A DNA stretch of 63,615 bases, counting the filler, from Nemertoderma westbladi (taxonomy: Eukaryota; Animalia; Xenacoelomorpha), in the NCBI GenBank assembly GCA_032718475.1. It is 3 parts of 3 records of this genome, joined end to end, with 100 filler letters (N's around TTAATTAATTAA, not from the genome) between each part and the next. Parts side by side here need not be neighbours in the genome. Positions count along the whole stretch, not along the records: positions 22,697 to 38,769 come from JAUCBJ010005034.1; positions 38,870 to 63,615 come from JAUCBJ010001782.1; 1 more part is not named here. One strand, written 5' to 3'. Position 1 is the first letter of the stretch; every line of letters begins with the position of its first letter. The notes beneath the pieces were generated by a model. The model was given only the letters and a program-made list of their open reading frames with translations. It did no database searches and was not told the DNA's origin. Below, one piece after another: positions 34,978 to 47,621 of the stretch. The position numbers and the translations under genes were made by a program.

Positions 34978-37900
34978 TGTCAGTTTTTGGAGCGCAAACA
35001 GAGGTTCCTGATGAATCTGGGTACCATTCAAACAAAGTTCACAAAACCTCACCAGAACCAATAGCAACACAATCACCACCAGCAACACCGCCACCACAAA
35101 GCGGGAATTCTGGGACGGCGACTACGCCAAACATGGAGGAGTACAGGAAAAAGTTTGATAAAATGATTATGGATGGTTCGGCTAATATGGTAAATCAACC
35201 AGAGAAAAGAGACAGAGTTGACCCAGAAACGTTACCCAAAACATCCGGCTCCGCAGATAGAGTGGCTGCCTTGAGTTCCTTAACGAAACGTTATGAACCG
35301 ACGGGAAATAATGATGAAAAATCCATTGAAAAGAGATCCATGAATTATTGGTTCCCAGACAGGTGATTATTTAGTTTATGTTTTGCATCTATTAGGAGGG
35401 CTATTTGTTTGGAAGATAGGTTTGTTTGGGTGTTTGTGGGGGGAATGCAATTCACATCTCGGCGAATTAATATATTGCCTTGATGTTAAACACTCAATCT
35501 AGGGAAAGTAGCAGGTTACAGTGGCACATTATTCTAACCAAAACAATTAACGAGACTCAATAGAACAGATTACAGTTTTATTATTTTTGGAATCAATCAG
35601 TTGTTATTTGCATCGAATTTCCTCTGGAGAGGGATTCATTTTTAATTCGTTGGAAGTACCCCCCCCCCCCCCCCTTCCATCTGTTGTTTGAATGTAGTAA
35701 AGATTATCTGTAATATATTTAACATTTAACTAATAAAATTATTAATATAATAGCCATTACATAATTTAGGGGTGATGCCTGGAGGAATGTCAACTGTCGT
35801 CATGTTTCTCCACCTCCCAACGCGGTTGTTGCCGAAATGAATTTGGATCCTTTCTATAAGAAATACCTTCACGCCTATGGAATTCCGATACTCAGTTCGG
35901 AGAATGTTCCTGATGAGGCTCTTCGGAAAGCCTGTTACATTACTTGGTTCATGATGTTAGATAGGTAGGTTATACTTGTTACATTATTTGGTTCATGATG
36001 TTAGATAGGTAGGTTATACCTGTTACATTACTTGGTTCATAATGTTAGATAGGTAGGTTATACTTGTTACATTACTTGGTTTATGATGTTAGATAGGTAG
36101 GTTATACCTGTTACATTACTTGGTTCTTGATGTTAGATAGGTAGGTTATATTTGTTACATTACTTGGTTCATGATGTTAGATAGGTAGGTTATACTTGTT
36201 ACATTACTTGGTTCATGATGTTAGATAGGTAGGTTATACCTGTTACATTACTTGGTTCTTGATGTTAGATAGGTATGATTTACTTGTTACATTACTTGGT
36301 TCATGATGTGAGATATGTAGGTTATACTTGTTACATTACTTGGTTCATGATGTTAGATAGGTAGGTTATACCTGTTACATTACTTGGTTCTTGATGTTAG
36401 ATAGGTAGGTTATATTTGTTACATTACTTGGTTCATGATGTTAGATAGGTAGGTTATACTTGTTACATTACTTGGTTCATGATGTTAGATAGGTAGGTTA
36501 TACCTGTTACATTACTTGGTTCTTGATGTTAGATAGGTATGATTTACTTGTTACATTACTTGGTTCATGATGTGAGATATGTAGGTTATACTTGTTACAT
36601 TACTTGGTTCACGATGTTAGATAGGTAGGTTATACCTGTTACATTACTTGGTTCATGATGTTAGATAGGTATGTTATATTTGTTTCATTACTTGGTTCAT
36701 GATGTTAGATATGTGTGTATATGTATTATGTCCCAATGTCCGAGTGGATACGGCGCCTGAACTGCTTATACAATAGTGTTTGGTGGCCCAGCAGGTTCAA
36801 ATCCGACTAAAGGCTGTTTTTTGCACTGTTGTGTCCCTAGGAAAGACACTTTAGACATTAGTGATAATGCCAACCCAGCGGTAATGGGAACTTGGCTTTG
36901 CTGAGGTAATAATACTAAAAGCGTTTTGAGTATTATGCAGAGCGTAAATAAAACCATGCCATGCCACATCACCTCGTTAGCCAAACACATTCCAAACTCC
37001 AGTATCCTTCAGTAGCCAGTCATTCAGGGGGAGTCATTGGTGGTCACCATGTCTGACGACATAGCATAATGTCATTAACATGCTGATCCTCCCAAGGATA
37101 GCAGTTACCAGTTAGCTTTATGCAGTGTAATTGCAGATTGGCAATGAAGTGCCACAATCATTGCAGAGCACTTCAAATCTAATACGAATGACATTGTGCA
37201 TCCGGTATATCTAACATTTTGATCTGAGTAAAAGTACCATCCATGGATTTGTTGTCCTTAGCCACAGCTAAGAGCTCGACAGCTGCACGGATTAGTCATC
37301 CTTTTAAGAAGGTACTTGAGTGGGTTGATTCACAGGATACAGGACAGCTGCAGCTGGTTGGTGGCAGACCTTAACTTCCCTTTATGGTAACTCTTGTGCT
37401 GAACTCGTCAGTCTAGATGAAAGATTATAAAAACGCAGAAAAGATATGTGAAATATATATATGATATGAAAATATCATATGCTATGATAGATATGAAAAA
37501 ATGTATATATATACCAGTTACATTTAATTGAGGGCTAGTATTGTAGGCCTTAGCTAATTGTATCACTAGTTGCTGCTAATTGTTTCTTATTATTTCCAGA
37601 CAAGATATCAGAAACGCAATGTATAACTCTCAGACGAGACTGGCTATTATGTCTAAAGATGAGGCCGCTAATGATATGCCTGAACATAGGGCCAGAGCTG
37701 ATAGTGGTGTTAGAGGTGAAGTATGGAAACGTGTATAATAAAAGATTTAATTGATAATGAACCACCATATTCCCCCAGGATAGGACGTCCAAAGATGTGC
37801 TCCTACAAAATTATAGTAATATGGTAACCAATTCAACTTCACTCTAAACATATATATTGTACCATATACAATGTATTCATATCTGATGAAATTTATATAT

Positions 37901-38209
37901 TCACAGGTATGTTTTACAGTATATTTTATAGTTGCTTTGGAATATATAGAAATCCATTGTCTGATTAAAATATTTATAAATATCTTACAGGTTTGGGAGG
38001 AACACAGATGGAACCAATGTGTTCGGGTGCTGAGGAGAACCTTTTGTATTATCCTTACACAGAAGATGTTTACTATGGTGACAACATTTTCCTCCATGAA
38101 CTCGGTCATGGGATACATTTAATTGGTGTCATGGGAGGCGACCCTCAACTTTACGCCGATATAGATAATACTTGGGAGTCATCAAAGTCACTTTGGGTAA
38201 ACTGTTATG
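34978..38209 (+). CDS. Zinc metalloprotease (HEXXH), ATLF/PPEP-like bacterial-type family; partial, at least 4 exons
   Basis: Phase-compatible exons 34978-35362, 35770-35964, 37600-37715, 37991-38209: LDPFYKKYLHAYGIPILSS..VPDEAL...PEH...RGLGG...SGAEENLL....D.Y..DNIFLHELGHGIH. First and last exons not located. Confidence 0.85.
35930..36712 (+). repeat. 44-bp minisatellite (~18 copies) spanning an exon/intron junction
   Basis: Unit TGTTACATTACTTGGTTCATGATGTTAGATAG|GTAGGTTATAC(C/T). Confidence 0.95.
36728..36955 (+). mobile_element. tRNA-derived SINE
   Basis: A box TGTCCGAGTGG, B box GGTTCAAATCC, core GTGTCCCTAGGAAAGACACTT, L2-like tail AAGCGTTTTGAG...TAAATAAA. Confidence 0.65.
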
Positions 38210-38769
38210 GTAAGTTTTGGCAAAATTGAAACTGGAGGTAGAAAGTTGAAGTAGAAAGTAGGACTCACTTCAGACAGGATAGAGTACAAAATAAAGACCA
38301 AAGACCCAAGACCTGCACAAAACAAAGACCCCCCCCCCCCCATGTACAAAACAAAGACCCCCCCCCCCATGTACAATACAAAGACCCCTCCATGTACAAA
38401 ACAAAGACCCCCCATGTACAAAACAAAGACCCCCCAGCCTACCGCTACATATACTGACATAGCCTACGTACTGTCTGACTGTACAACTCCACTGCCTGAC
38501 TGCGTACTGCGTGTACTGATTTACAGAATCAGCCTGTACAGGACTACTACCTGACTACGTACGTACTACTGTAGGTGTAGGCCTAATGTACTTCTGTAGG
38601 CCTACTGGTTTTATTATTTCGTTTTTATTTTATATTTGCGTGACATACAGTACTTTATGAACGCCCCCTAATAATATATACCGGTACTCAATTTCCAAAC
38701 GCTTGAACTATAAAAGAAAGGTAAAGAACCGAGAGATTCAAAACCAAAAATCGAGACTAATTATAATTA

Positions 38770-38869
38770 NNNNNNNNNNNNNNNNNNNNNNNNNNNNNNN
38801 NNNNNNNNNNNNNTTAATTAATTAANNNNNNNNNNNNNNNNNNNNNNNNNNNNNNNNNNNNNNNNNNNN
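38770..38869. other. Assembly linker/gap
   Basis: Exactly 100 bp N/TTAATTAATTAA/N. Confidence 0.95.
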
Positions 38870-39291
38870 TCCTCTTTTCTCACGGTTCGTAGATCTTTAT
38901 CTATTTCCTCCGCTGGCATCATTATGCTTTCAGCTGCGGCTGCAGCCATAGACGTCCACCTAGCCAGGGTCCCGTTTGAATCGCAGACTGTACTGCACAC
39001 GGTACACAGTCTGCAGTAGGGACAGTACTTGCACATTACCGGACAGCTCCGCTTGGAGGCGCCGTTGTCCGAATAGCAACCCCCGCAATCAACATCACAC
39101 CTCCCGCAGTGTCTGCAGTATTTGCAATACTTACAGAATATACCGTAATCTTTGCTCTTGTCTTTATCCTCAGTGTCTGCGGCTTCAGTGCTTGTGGTAC
39201 TGGTTTCCGTTTCAACCGGTACGCTACCCTTGTCAGTAGCTTGCGATACCGTGAATACGACCAGTATAACCGCCAATAATAACAACTTCAT
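38870..39291 (-). CDS. HRC-like Cys-rich secretory/ER protein (histidine-rich Ca-binding protein C-terminal domain), 3'-truncated by gap
   Basis: Signal peptide MKLLLLAVILVVFTVSQA; acidic linker; CKYCKYCRHCGRCD..C...CKYCPYCRLC..C.TVC..G matches the HRC Cys-rich pattern. Confidence 0.75.
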
Positions 39292-39715
39292 CTCGAAATG
39301 TACGGCCGCCAATTTTAATTTTAATAAACAAACTGAGTCAGTTTATTTAAAACCTGAATAATTCCACTGAACTAATCAGGTATTGGCTTATTGAATATGT
39401 CAATAAATAATTGTTTAGAGAAAAACTGATTTATGCAATAATGTCAAAATTCTAGAATTAGCATAGCGAACTATAGTTTCCCAAACAACTGATTTTTATT
39501 TTTTTCATTAATTAACATTTTTATTACAACGATAATGAATGCCTTGACGGCTTTCAGAAGATACATATTTAATATTATAATGAAAACCTTTCTAGTGTCA
39601 GTTATTATGTAATACTACAGTACAAACGAATAACAAACATTTATTAAATTCGTTATACCGGTACGTGAAACTGGTATGGCTGTATGGGAAATAAGGATAT
39701 AAGAACAGAAGATGT

Positions 39716-40256
39716 TACGGTGGCTGAAAGCGGCCAAACAATATTAATTAAGCGTTTTTTTTTTTAATTTCAACCCGGGTTGATATTATTTTCAACCCGG
39801 GTTGATATTATTTTCAACCCGGGTTGATATTATTTTCAACCCGGGTTGATATTATTTTCAACCCGGGTTGATATTATTTTCAACCCGGGTTGATATTATT
39901 TTCAACCCGGGTTGATATTATTTTCAACCCGGGTTGATATTATTTTCAACCCGGGTTGATATTATTTTCAACCAGGGTTGATATTATTTTCAACCCGGGT
40001 TGATATTTTTTTCAACCCGGGTTGATATTATTTTCAACCCGGGTTGATATTATTTTCAACCCGGGTTGATATTATTTTCAACCCGGGTTGATATTATTTT
40101 CAACCCGGGTTGATATTATTTTCAACCCGGGTTGATATTATTTTCAACCCGGGTTGATATTATTTTCAACCCGGGTTGATATTATTTTCAACCCGGGTTG
40201 AAATTAAAAAAAAAAAACGCTTAATTAATATTGTTTGGCCGCTTTCAGCCACCGTA
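39716..40256. mobile_element. MITE with TACGG...CCGTA termini, long TIRs, 6-bp TSD (IS3EU-like) and internal 22-bp palindromic array
   Basis: TSD AGATGT (39710-39715, 40257-40262); ~65-bp TIRs; 20 copies of CAACCCGGGTTG(ATATTATTTT) at 39771-40200. Confidence 0.88.
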
Positions 40257-40479
40257 AGATGTTTATTGAATAAAATCGTTTCGAATCAATTAACTGATTA
40301 ATTAACTAATTGATTAGTTCATTGCCACTTTGTTATTGAGCTCGCAAAACAAATGTTCCCCTCTAAATTAATTAATTATAAACAAACACACCATTGTAAA
40401 ACTGTATATCAATATTTGAGGAGAAAGAATAGTTTGTAAATACTGTAATTATTATAAAGCTAGAAAAAACAAAATAAAT

Positions 40480-41169
40480 CTACATCTTCTTTTTAATATA
40501 AAGAGGGAATTGTTTGGGTCCCCAAGGTTTATATTCTCTGCCTAATGTCCCGGGCTCCCGCTGTTCTCTGTTGTACTTGTGTTGCTGTAAGTCGGAATAC
40601 CCCCGGGTATATGTGTCCACCAATGCCTCGGCATCGCGTGGCATTAAACCGTCGCTTTTACGCAATAAACTCAAGTCCAACAGACCCTTAAACGTCTTCG
40701 GCTCGTTAACTGCGAATTCCGCCAACATTTTAGCGTTGAGCCGAACGTTGCACATCGATAGACCTGCCACCATATCCTTACGAGTTGCGTCGTGTTCCTC
40801 GCAAGCGGCGCCTATACGCTGAGCCCACAAGAGTTTCGCGCTGCTCTTCTCGTGTAAACGGTTCGCGCGCATTTGCACCCAGGCCTTCTGCACGCTGCGT
40901 ATCGCGATACGGTAGCAGTTCTGTCGACGGATATAATGATGCCACGTTTGCGATTTGATCCATTGGCGTTTCCACCAGGGGTCCAGACCCCGGCAGTATA
41001 CGATACGACGACCACCCACGCTGTGTTTGTTTCGGGTACCGGCTGCTCCAACCGCTACGGCTACGGGTTGGCTTTTATGTGAAGGAAGTATTGGTCTCAT
41101 TACCGGTAATATTCCGTTAGAAACGCAATAAAGGTTTGTAAATGATTTAGCGATCAGCGATGATAACAT
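40480..41169 (-). CDS. MRPL20: Mitochondrial ribosomal protein bL20m, single exon
   Basis: RRQNCYRIAIRSV.KA.....R...K...LW..RI.AACEEH.....L...NVRLNAKMLAEFAVNEPKTFKGL; N-terminal mitochondrial-targeting-like sequence. Confidence 0.88.
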   Translation of the reverse strand: MLSSLIAKSFTNLYCVSNGILPVMRPILPSHKSQPVAVAVGAAGTRNKHSVGGRRIVYCRGLDPWWKRQWIKSQTWHHYIRRQNCYRIAIRSVQKAWVQMRANRLHEKSSAKLLWAQRIGAACEEHDATRKDMVAGLSMCNVRLNAKMLAEFAVNEPKTFKGLLDLSLLRKSDGLMPRDAEALVDTYTRGYSDLQQHKYNREQREPGTLGREYKPWGPKQFPLYIKKKM

Positions 41170-44059
41170 TTTATCGACTGCTGTGGACTGTAGTTGATAT
41201 TAGCTACAAAGTAAGCACTAAAATGGTACATCTCAGTCAGTCAGTCCTGTCTGCCTGTTGTATGGCAATATGGTATAGTTATCGCCTACTGTATGTCCTC
41301 GTCCTGTCCTACAAACACTTAATAAAAAGGTGAAGAAATGAGAAATGAATTACATCCCATGTCCTATACCAGTATACGGAATTCGACATTCAAGAAAATT
41401 TAATACTGGACCCACAAGCAATGTCGATTGTTGATTTATACAAAAGAAGATGCAAATAACAGAATTGTGCCAAAGACAGTGCACCCGTACAGTTGCATAG
41501 TGAAATATGGGAAGTAATTAAGGTTAAGGATTAATGAACCAATCATAACCAAGTTCAAGAACATGTAAAGCTAGCACAGTAGGTTGTAGGCCTACTGTTG
41601 TAACAGGAGATTGATTGAAATTTTAGTGATTCTCTGGAAACATTATTCTCTTTTATAAAAACTATTTAGTCCTACACAGTGTGCTACTGTACTTTATGCG
41701 TAGTAAACGTTTTGGGGCACTACTGTAGTATGTAGCATAGGCCCTATGTGTTTATTTGTTGTGTTCTGTGTTATTTGACCTTCTGACAGTAAGATGGTAG
41801 CTGGTAATTTTGATTTTGTGTTAGCTACTAATTTTTATTAGCTAGTTTTTGACCAATTTTTTTCTGGTGAAAATTGCTTTTATTATTTGTTAGCTCCGAT
41901 AAATTGTACTAGCTTTCATCATAATTGAATTGAAAATTTCAAAACATGAACAAAAATTATTTTATTTACTTTATACACGTTTTATAACCATCCCATTCTT
42001 TTTAAATACAAAACCTGGCTTTTGTCTAAAAAATGTTCTAGAACAGAAAATATTTGTTCTAGAACATAATTTTTTTCAAAATAAAATAGCTAACATGTTC
42101 TGGTACATTTCAAAAAAAGAAATTCACAAAAACTAGCTAGTAGATAAAATTTGGTGGGGGTTGTACGCATACTGCACCAGTACCGAATATTTACGACATT
42201 GCTTCTGCTCTCCGTTGCCAACCATTTAAGGGCCCTTCTGTTTTGTTTCAATGCATTCTCTAATTAGGTACCTGTATGGTCTATCTCCCTATGAATGGTG
42301 CTATATGTGAGATAAATATTTATTGAACAGCCAGAAATTAATAATAAGTAAATCTGTAAATGAGTTTGTTTTATCAGTGAGATAATGTGCTGTAAATTTA
42401 ACCAAATTGCTTCAGAAATTACTCATAAATTACATACTCAGAAATTACTCATATAGCCGCTCACACAAATGCAAATCCCATCCCAATACCAAGATAATAT
42501 CGAATTTTAATAAACTACAGTACACACAGCACATATTATATACCTGTATAGTGTATACAATAGGCCTACTGTAGAGTAGAAATCATTCAATGTGGGGAGA
42601 GCCACGAAAGTAAACGAACTTAGCACACGGTACCACTAACTCAATAGGTGTGTCTGTGTGTCCAATCTTAAACGTTAATCGGGCAATCGGCAAGCCGAAA
42701 GTTTAGAAATTTTCCAAGTTGAATTTGCGTGTGGCCTTCGAGAAGGTAAGATAAAAACAGTTAATTAGTTCATAAGTTGTTTACGGTAAAAAAAAAAAGT
42801 ATTTTTCTGCTTGCCCTTTATTGGAAATTAATTAATTATTTTATAAATTCCACACAACTGTCACAAACCGCACACATTCGGGCCATTTGTCCGTTAGTCA
42901 AGTGCCTTCCAGAATGCCACGTTATTATTGGGTATCCTGGGATACTAGCAGTATGCTATTTATTTCTTATGCTATTCAATGGGGCAAGCCTTTATTGTTC
43001 TTTTAACTCACTTCTAATTCTAGCGTGGTTGTTGCCATGGTGACATTATGGAAAGCTAGCAGTAGTTACACTTGTTAATTAGTTCATAAGTTGTTTACGG
43101 TAAAAAAAATTAGTAAAAAGTATTTTTCTGCTTGCCCTTTATTGGAAATTAATTATTTTCTAGTGATAGATTTAAATAACTATATTTTAAAATTATACAG
43201 CAGTAATCCCCATACCCCTTTCCATTATAGTTTTTAATTAGTTCAAGTGATTTACTTTAACAAATGTCCTTTTAATTGAACTAAACATAATAAACTTCTT
43301 AAAATTCCCCATCTCTCCACACCATATACCTCCAGCTCCCCATTCCATGGCGTGCTTGCTATTGCCTATCTGGGAATCAATCCCACTTCACCACTACTCA
43401 AGTAAAGGGTAATTGCATCTATATGACAGGCAGCAATGTAAAGAGACAGACTAATAGACAGACAGCTTGCTTATTTTTCTGCTCGCATAATCAATATCAT
43501 ACCACAACCAAATCATACCACAACCACACTCGCCTATTGAGAAATTTCACTTTTCACTTTGCATATTCACTATTATTGGACGGATCCATCATGGCTGTCC
43601 TTATTTCTCACGCGTGTTTGTTTGTTATTAATCAACAATTAATCGAATTATATTTCGGACCATCTATATAAGTGCTTCTAAGCCTAGGCGGTCTTCTCCC
43701 TCATTTACTTAGTTAACTTGACAGTATATTATATGGAATTTATTACCATATATTTTATTTAGTGCTTTGTGCATCTTTTAATTTCTTGCGAGTGCAATAA
43801 TAATAATAATAATAAAGACAGGTTCGTTTAAAGGCAACTTGATGGCGTTCTGTTTCGATTGCAGCATTATTTTGTACCGGTACTGCATTTTATTTTGTAC
43901 TGTCTGAATCCTGGAATCAAGTGATGTGATTCTTGATTTGATTGTCAATCGGCAGATCGGTAAACGAATTACTGAATTAGGCCTAAATCATTAACGAATT
44001 AAATAAAATCGGTAAACAGTCCTACGGTAAAATAAAGGTAAAATATTCCGGGATGTGGT

Positions 44060-44566
44060 GGGACCGGGTTTTAGACATTTAAACTGTAAGACCGAGATAG
44101 GTTATGCAACTTAAGACTGCCTTTTCAATAGAAGTGGATTATGTGGCAGTGTGGGAGAGTGAATGTCAGGGTCAGGGGCAGTGGCTGAACTGGTTAGCGC
44201 TACTGATGGTGACGGGGCCTGATATGCTGAAACGTACGTACGTATAGCGCTGGTTCAACCCCTAGTGCTCGGTGACGCACTTTCTCATTTTTTCCATTTC
44301 TGAACAAAACCATAATATTACACCTTTAAATTAAAGTAAGACCGAGACAGGGTTTTAGTCATTTAATTTTGGGACCGCAAGTTTATGGACTGGCAGACCG
44401 GGTTTTAGGAATTATTCCTGTATTCGGACCGGGTTTTAGGAATCTTCTTACAGTCTTACATGGCTGTCTGGCTGTATGGACCGGGCAGCCGGGCAAAATT
44501 GGACCGACCGGGTTTTCAGTGGAGAGTGGACCGAGACCGGGACCGGCCCGGGTTTTAGACAGTCCC
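44060..44566. repeat. Dispersed GGACCGGGTTTTAG/GACCGAGA motif cluster (non-autonomous element) with embedded Pol III A/B-box remnant
   Basis: At least five copies of (A/C)CCGGGTTTT; TGGCTGAACTGG and GGTTCAACCCC at ~44182-44261. Confidence 0.4.
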
Positions 44567-44724
44567 ATTAATGTAATGAATTAAAGTAAAAATACTCGGC
44601 GTCCGGCCTATCTTCCGCGTAAATTCAGAGCAATTCCAGTATGGGTGTGATAGAGCCGACCCTCCAGCTCCGGGTTTGACTAAATACGCCACCGACAACC
44701 ACCGACACCTTTCGCATACCACCG

Positions 44725-45038
44725 ACAACAAAAGACACAAACCGACAGTATACCGTCAACTTCGGCAATGTTAGTAAACTATTTCAGTACATGGTTATAT
44801 AATTTTTATTTCCAATCCAAATATTTATAACAAACAGTATGTTATATTATACTGTATCGTAATTATTCATAATTATAGATTGAACCTTAAAGGTGTAGAA
44901 TGGATTACTGTATTGTTTCATCCTTCCACTATGTTAAGGCGGCGTTCATAAAGTATGTCACCAAAATTTTCTAGATTTTTGAAGTTGACGGTATACTGTC
45001 GGTTTGCGATCTTACCTGTCGGTTTGTGTCTTTTGTTG
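44725..45038. repeat. Inverted-repeat (MITE-like) element
   Basis: CAACAAAAGACACAAACCGACAGTATACCGTCAACTTC is mirrored at 44981-45038 around an AT-rich core. Confidence 0.55.
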
Positions 45039-46074
45039 GGTCCACTATAGCGTTTGAACTCGTGAATCAGGGCACTCTTCCGCACTAGTCTCTAGTACAG
45101 TGTACCGTAGTACAATATTTAATCAGCAATTTTCCAACATTTGTCAACGATGAGATGAAATCTGAATATAAGTGCAGAAGTCCAATCGCCAGGATGAGAG
45201 GTATCTCAACTTCGCAAAGAAGGACTACCAAGTACGGTACCATACAGTATATAACTGGACCAGCTTTTAAATCTGAGTTCTGGAAACGCGCCAATCAAGC
45301 CAACCTGCCAACCGCCATGTTATAACTCGCTGTACTACGCTGCACACGGATTCCATCATAAAAGCAGTGCCAACAACCGCACTTTTTCACTCGCCACAGT
45401 CAGTTTGTATCTGTCGATATTGTCATCAGGGCAGCATCAATAGGTAGGTATCACCTCCTTCCTTATATCAGTATATGGTATATGTGACAAATGTCCGTCA
45501 CTCACTGGCCACCCTTGCAACAAATGTCACTTAGGCCTACCGGTAGCACCTTTTACTATAAATTTTACAAATTTTACAAATTTATGTTATTTATTTTTAG
45601 AATTGTGACATATTTATTTTAGAATAATACAGTAATATATATTGTATATTGTATATATTGTTAGAATAACTCTAAAAAAGAAGCGCTCAGAGGAACCTAA
45701 CAAAAAATGGGTCATATATCGCAACAACATCATCAAACGGGCGGCCGTAGACTCCACCAACGCTGTCGCTAGACCAACTACCGGTAATATCTCACAAGCA
45801 AACTCCCACGTAGTACTTACATCCCCAATTGTACTTGACGGAGTGCATACACGAGTTATTCGTCGCAGTGAATATCGAGACAATTCGGAACGTGGAGATT
45901 GACTTGATGTTTCAATAGTTAATGATAAGGACAGGGACTCCAATTTATTGGTTAATGTTAAATCCATTAAGAAATCCGGAGCTACTTCAATTATTCCCGT
46001 AAAGGAAAATATACCCAGTTCACAGTTTGCTAATGACAAAGATATTGAGTTCTGCTTAACTTTAAAGAGGCCAA

Positions 46075-46840
46075 ATGTCCCCAAAGACAACTGTGCTTCA
46101 GGATAATGTGTTGTGTTTTACCGCTGTTAATATTAACGGAAATAATCAGAGGTCTACGCCACCAAGGAAAACTATGTTTAATGATAACATGTCGTGTTTA
46201 ACCGTTAGGTCAGTGTCCCCAAGATTAACTACAGTTAATGATAATGTGTCGTGTTTTACCGCTGTTGGTGTTAATGAAAATGATCGGGGGTCAATGACCC
46301 TCCCGGGCCTCCCCCCTTCTGCGGTTACCAGTAAAATCAGTATATTACTGTATAATGCACAGTCTGTGAACAACAAAGCAGAATTTATTAAAGACTACAT
46401 TCTGGATAATACCATTGATATAACTGCCATCACTGAGACTTGGTTGACAGGTACAATCCAGAATCATGTGGTCATAAATGATATCTGTCCTAGGGGTTGC
46501 TCTATGAAACACATTCCAAGAACCAGAACAAGAGGCGGTGGCGTGGCCTGTATCTATCGCGACTCCCTGAGCATGAAGGTCAGTCCTTCTGAAGGTTCAA
46601 CATATCCAACCTTTGAGTACATGGAGCTGACCCTACGCCACTCGGGGTCCTTAATTAGGATATTCATTATATACCGGACCTGCCCAAGCCCAGCTAACGG
46701 TTTCACATATACACAATTTCTAGACCAATTTGCTGATTTGCTTCAGAATCTGATAACTTCCTCCGGTAGGCTAATTATAATTGGCGATTTCAACTTCCAT
46801 GTTGACAACAACTGCAATGCGGAAGCCTGCAAATTTCCAG
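46075..46840 (+). pseudogene. L2/CR1-type LINE APE endonuclease fragment
   Basis: LYNAQSVNNK, AITETWL, RGGGVA, FEYME, IYR, GDFNFHVD. Confidence 0.85.
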
Positions 46841-47312
46841 GCAAATTTCCAATTCTCCAGGCACCTGAAGACTAAGTTCTTTCGAGCCACAGTGGAAAGT
46901 GTATTTTTATACTGGGGTGAGACCTGGACACTGACTAAATCACTTGAACAACGAATTGATGGTTGCTACACAAGACTACTAAGGGCAGCCCTAAACATCA
47001 GCTGGAGACAACACATGACAAACGCCGAGCTTTATGGTACAATACCACCTGTATCAACCACCCTCCGTGAGCGCAGATTAAGATTCAGTGGGCACTGCTG
47101 TCGAAGTAAAGACGAGGTCATACCAGATCTACTTCTCTGGCAACCAACTCATGGAAAGCGTAGTCGTGGACGACCTGCCATAACATATATAGATAGACTT
47201 GAAAGGGATACTGAACTTGGGATAAACGAAATTGCGACAACTATGGAGAATCGGGAAGCCTGGAAGGATCTCATTTCCACTGCCCGAGTTCGCTCGACCT
47301 AGTAGTAGTAGT
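46841..47312 (+). mobile_element. 5'-truncated RTE LINE 3' end with (TAG)n tail
   Basis: FRATVESVFLY..ETWTL...RRLRFSGHC.R...LLWQPTHGKRSRGRP...MENREAW*, then TAGTAGTAGTAG. Confidence 0.85.
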
Positions 47313-47621
47313 ATTACCCGGACTGTCCGATGTGGGAGTGGGCCAGTGGGGTGTTGCTTATTAACAATAAAACTTTACTGTTTGACTGTTGAATAAATAA
47401 CAAAACACAGCGACCTATAAATATATGTTTAAATATGCCTAATAAATAATCTAATAATCCCCTACCAGTACAGCAATACTGCAGTACTGGTAATATTATA
47501 TTAACCTGTATTACCAGATTACACAGTATTAAATTAACTGAATGGCCCCCTAACCTGACTGGCCAAATATTTATTGGATATTGAATGAAAATCAATTGAA
47601 CGTTTATTTAATGCAATCACA

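Noticed and set aside
39771-40200. CRISPR array (also 35930-36712 and 51029-51741)
   Set aside because: Spacers are identical, the context is eukaryotic and there are no cas genes; these are tandem repeats.
44174-44270. tRNA gene
   Set aside because: A and B boxes are present but no cloverleaf or acceptor stem; at most a SINE remnant.
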